NCBI GenBank assembly: GCA_963664325.2 | Contig: CAXXDQ010000003.1 | Coordinates: forward strand, 608,001-672,000 | Source: Desulfomonilia bacterium | GTDB taxonomy: Bacteria > Desulfobacterota > Desulfomonilia > UBA1062 | DNA: 64,000 nucleotides | Reading direction: 5' to 3' | Part shown: positions 61,660-64,000 of the stretch, one piece after another | Numbering within the stretch: the stretch's first letter is position 1 | Layout: each line of letters begins with the position of its first letter | Position numbers and translations under genes: made by a program | The notes under the pieces: generated by a model | Seen by the model: the letters and a program-made list of their open reading frames with translations, nothing else | Databases searched by the model: none | Told to the model about the DNA's origin: nothing

Positions 61660-63721
61660 GTGCTCGAACAGACTGCTCGTAGCATGCATCCCTCACCGCC
61701 GCCTACATTCTGGCCAACATATACCTGCGCATTAGACCTTCCGGGAGTCACCAGGGTTGATCTTCGCCCCCAGGTCGTTCTCCTTATTGCTGCCGGCTAT
61801 TTCCTGGGGCCGGTTTATGGGTTCCTGACCGGGTTTGCAGGCGACCCTTCTGACCGCTTTTCTGCTTGGCTATGGCATGAGATATCTTCCAAGCTGGAAT
61901 ATCGGCAACGGGCTTATCGGCCTGCTCATCTGTCTGTACCCGTACAGGAAAAGCCCCAGGATCGAACGCATCAGCCAAATAGTGTTGCTGGTTATTTTCC
62001 TTATCATAGCGAACACGGTTTCACTTGCATATGCGGCAGGAATGGAGTTTGTCCTTCACAAGGATATGGCTTTCGCAACAGACATCAAATTGTTCTACCT
62101 GCCCGCCACCCCTTTCCAACATGTTGTGGGCTCTTGTGCTGTTTCCCCTGATCCTGCTCATTCTGGGGCGCCTTAAGAAAAATTATCCGATGAAACTTGC
62201 CCTGTCCAATTATTACCTTATTACGGCCTTGCTGGTCATCGCCGGTGTTATATTTCAATCCTGATTCAGTTTTCCGTCTGGCGGGTTTCAGAGCTATCAG
62301 CGCGGAGCAGGGAAATGCCATGGTCGAAGCATTTTTCCGAATGGGCGCTTATCCTCGCAGGGCTGTTGCTGGCAAGCCTTTTTATTTCAAGCTGGATGTC
62401 GGAAACGATAGTTGTCCCCATCGAAAGGATGGAAAAGGCTGTCCTGTCGGTGCTTAAAGGGGCCCCCGCTTCTGCGGACGAGCTTTCCCTCGCTTGCGAA
62501 GAGGGAGGACGAAATCGGCATCCTGAGCTATACGGTGAAGCCTGCTCAGCGAAAGGTTCCTGGAAACGGAAACCCTCTTCAGGAAAGAGCTTGAGAAGAA
62601 AATGGATTTCATCGATCCGGCCGACTCCGGTACGGATGTAATAATCTCGGCACTCGGGATCTCATCTTGGCGGTTCCGAACCGGCTGACATCGCCTATAT
62701 CGGCGGCACACGCGACATCAGCAATATTACGGCGATATCGCTTTCGGTTTCCGCCTGCGGGCTTAAAGAGCTGGCCGCGGCCTATACGGATGCCAAGATC
62801 GAGAAGAGTTTCGAGGAGATGGATCCCAATATTACGGGCGCTGTTTTGAGCAACGAACAGCGCCAGTTTCTGGCCGTGGCAATAGACGTCAATCTCACAT
62901 TCAAGGGAAGGCTCAAGGTTATGGATATAAAAGGACCGTTGAGCCGTGATTTCGCATTTCACCTTCTTGAAAGGGCGGATGCTTTCCTGACAAGCGGGAA
63001 GAATTATATCGGATATGTTACCGATCCCGATATCGTGAGCAAAATAGCAGGGAAATGGGAGGCCTCATCGAAGATAAGAAACGAAAGGCTTGAAGGGGTC
63101 TTGAACGGCGCCGTTAGTGATTCAGTCATTACCGGATATCAGGTCAAGAATGAATCAGACCTCGCAAACTTTGACCCTGATCTCAAGATCGTATACAGCC
63201 ACAGCAGTCTAAGGCACGTCACTCAGCTGATAGGACTGCTTTCTGGTGAGCATATTCAGGCCAAGCTGCAGCTCGAACCTAAAAAATCTTCATTCGTTTA
63301 CTTGAACGAATGGAAGAAGACTGAGGAACTGAATCTGGAAACGTCCGGCAGAGGAATCTCAATTGCACACAAGGATGAATTCGATATTGTCATGGAGTTC
63401 ACCTCGCGGAAAGACAGGGATAATTTCCGGCATCTGATTGAGTCATATGCAAAGGTTGAACTGGCGAAAGAGCAGAAGGTGCTTTTCGAATCGTGGTTCC
63501 AGCCGCTGTTCAGGTCGGACGTGCAACTCGAAGGATACGTACGCGTTGGTGAAATATTAATAAAAGAGAAAAGCCAAATCGCTTATGTCTATGTGAAGGA
63601 GCAGGAAACTCAAGAGAAGGCCGGATGGTTTGTTCGAAATGCTCCGGACATGGAGATTTCTATGACTTTCATATGGGTGAATCAAGCCTTCGCCAGATAC
63701 TTAAACGGTGATTATAGTTGA
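61660..63721 (+). CDS. Multiply frameshifted gene: ECF S-component-like membrane domain + HAMP + unknown C-terminal domain
   Basis: GPVYGFLTGFAG..SWNIGNGLIG (S-component-like), IVVPIERME..REDEIGILS (HAMP), and a 300-aa C-terminal ORF; fragments change frame at short homopolymers. Confidence 0.65.
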
Positions 63722-63809
63722 GTTAAGATACAATGTGGAAAGGATAAAGAAATAAATGAAAGAACCAACGGAGCAAACTTTTAAATAATATTTCTATATC
63801 AATCTTAAA

Positions 63810-63935
63810 TCAGATATAGATCAAGAGCCCGGGGCAGGGGTATGACCCGCATTTTAAGGCTGTTTTATTACATAACTGATTGATAATATTAGGGGCAGCC
63901 CCGAGATTACCTGTTAAAACTGATTGGTTGAGCAT
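63810..63935 (-). pseudogene. 5' stub of a single-stranded DNA-binding protein gene
   Basis: AAGGAGG RBS, then MLNQSVLTGNLGAAP (SSB N-terminal motif); resemblance ends after ~15 codons. Confidence 0.65.
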
Positions 63936-64000
63936 GTGGTCCTCCTTTCGACTGGGATTTTTAAAAGTCTGGTTGGTTATATGAATGAATATATATAGGG

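Overview
Bacterial chromosomal window. Gene content and order suggest an anaerobic deltaproteobacterium (Desulfobacterota-like); this is inference, as no marker gene is present. Most of it is housekeeping: ruvB (partial), hisF, tsaC, purE/D/H/C, thrC-metK-ahcY, glgP, ilvD, amrS, an M18 aminopeptidase, polA and fatty-acyl-CoA genes. No tRNA, rRNA, CRISPR array, integrase or transposase gene was seen. The notable signals are non-coding or accessory. (1) An integrase-less integron-like unit at 6.46-7.59 kb has an attI-like site, a complete cassette with matching GTTGAGC/GCTCAAC ends, an attC-like site and a broken caspase-family cassette; a second attI-like motif precedes two GNAT genes at 37.5 kb. 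(2) At least six copies of a CAGGGCG-ended MITE-like element carry internal hairpins with compensatory substitutions. (3) A ~120-bp palindromic REP-like element sits in frame inside an FAD-oxidoreductase gene. (4) There are dispersed 7- and 8-nt tandem repeats. (5) An uncharacterised LacI-associated redox/sugar-catabolism cluster spans 11.7-20.7 kb. (6) Several repeat-built lipoproteins, an ECF S-component-HAMP fusion and an ssb stub are present. The frameshifts between 58.5 and 62.8 kb (polA, M48 peptidase, ECF-HAMP gene) look like sequencing errors.
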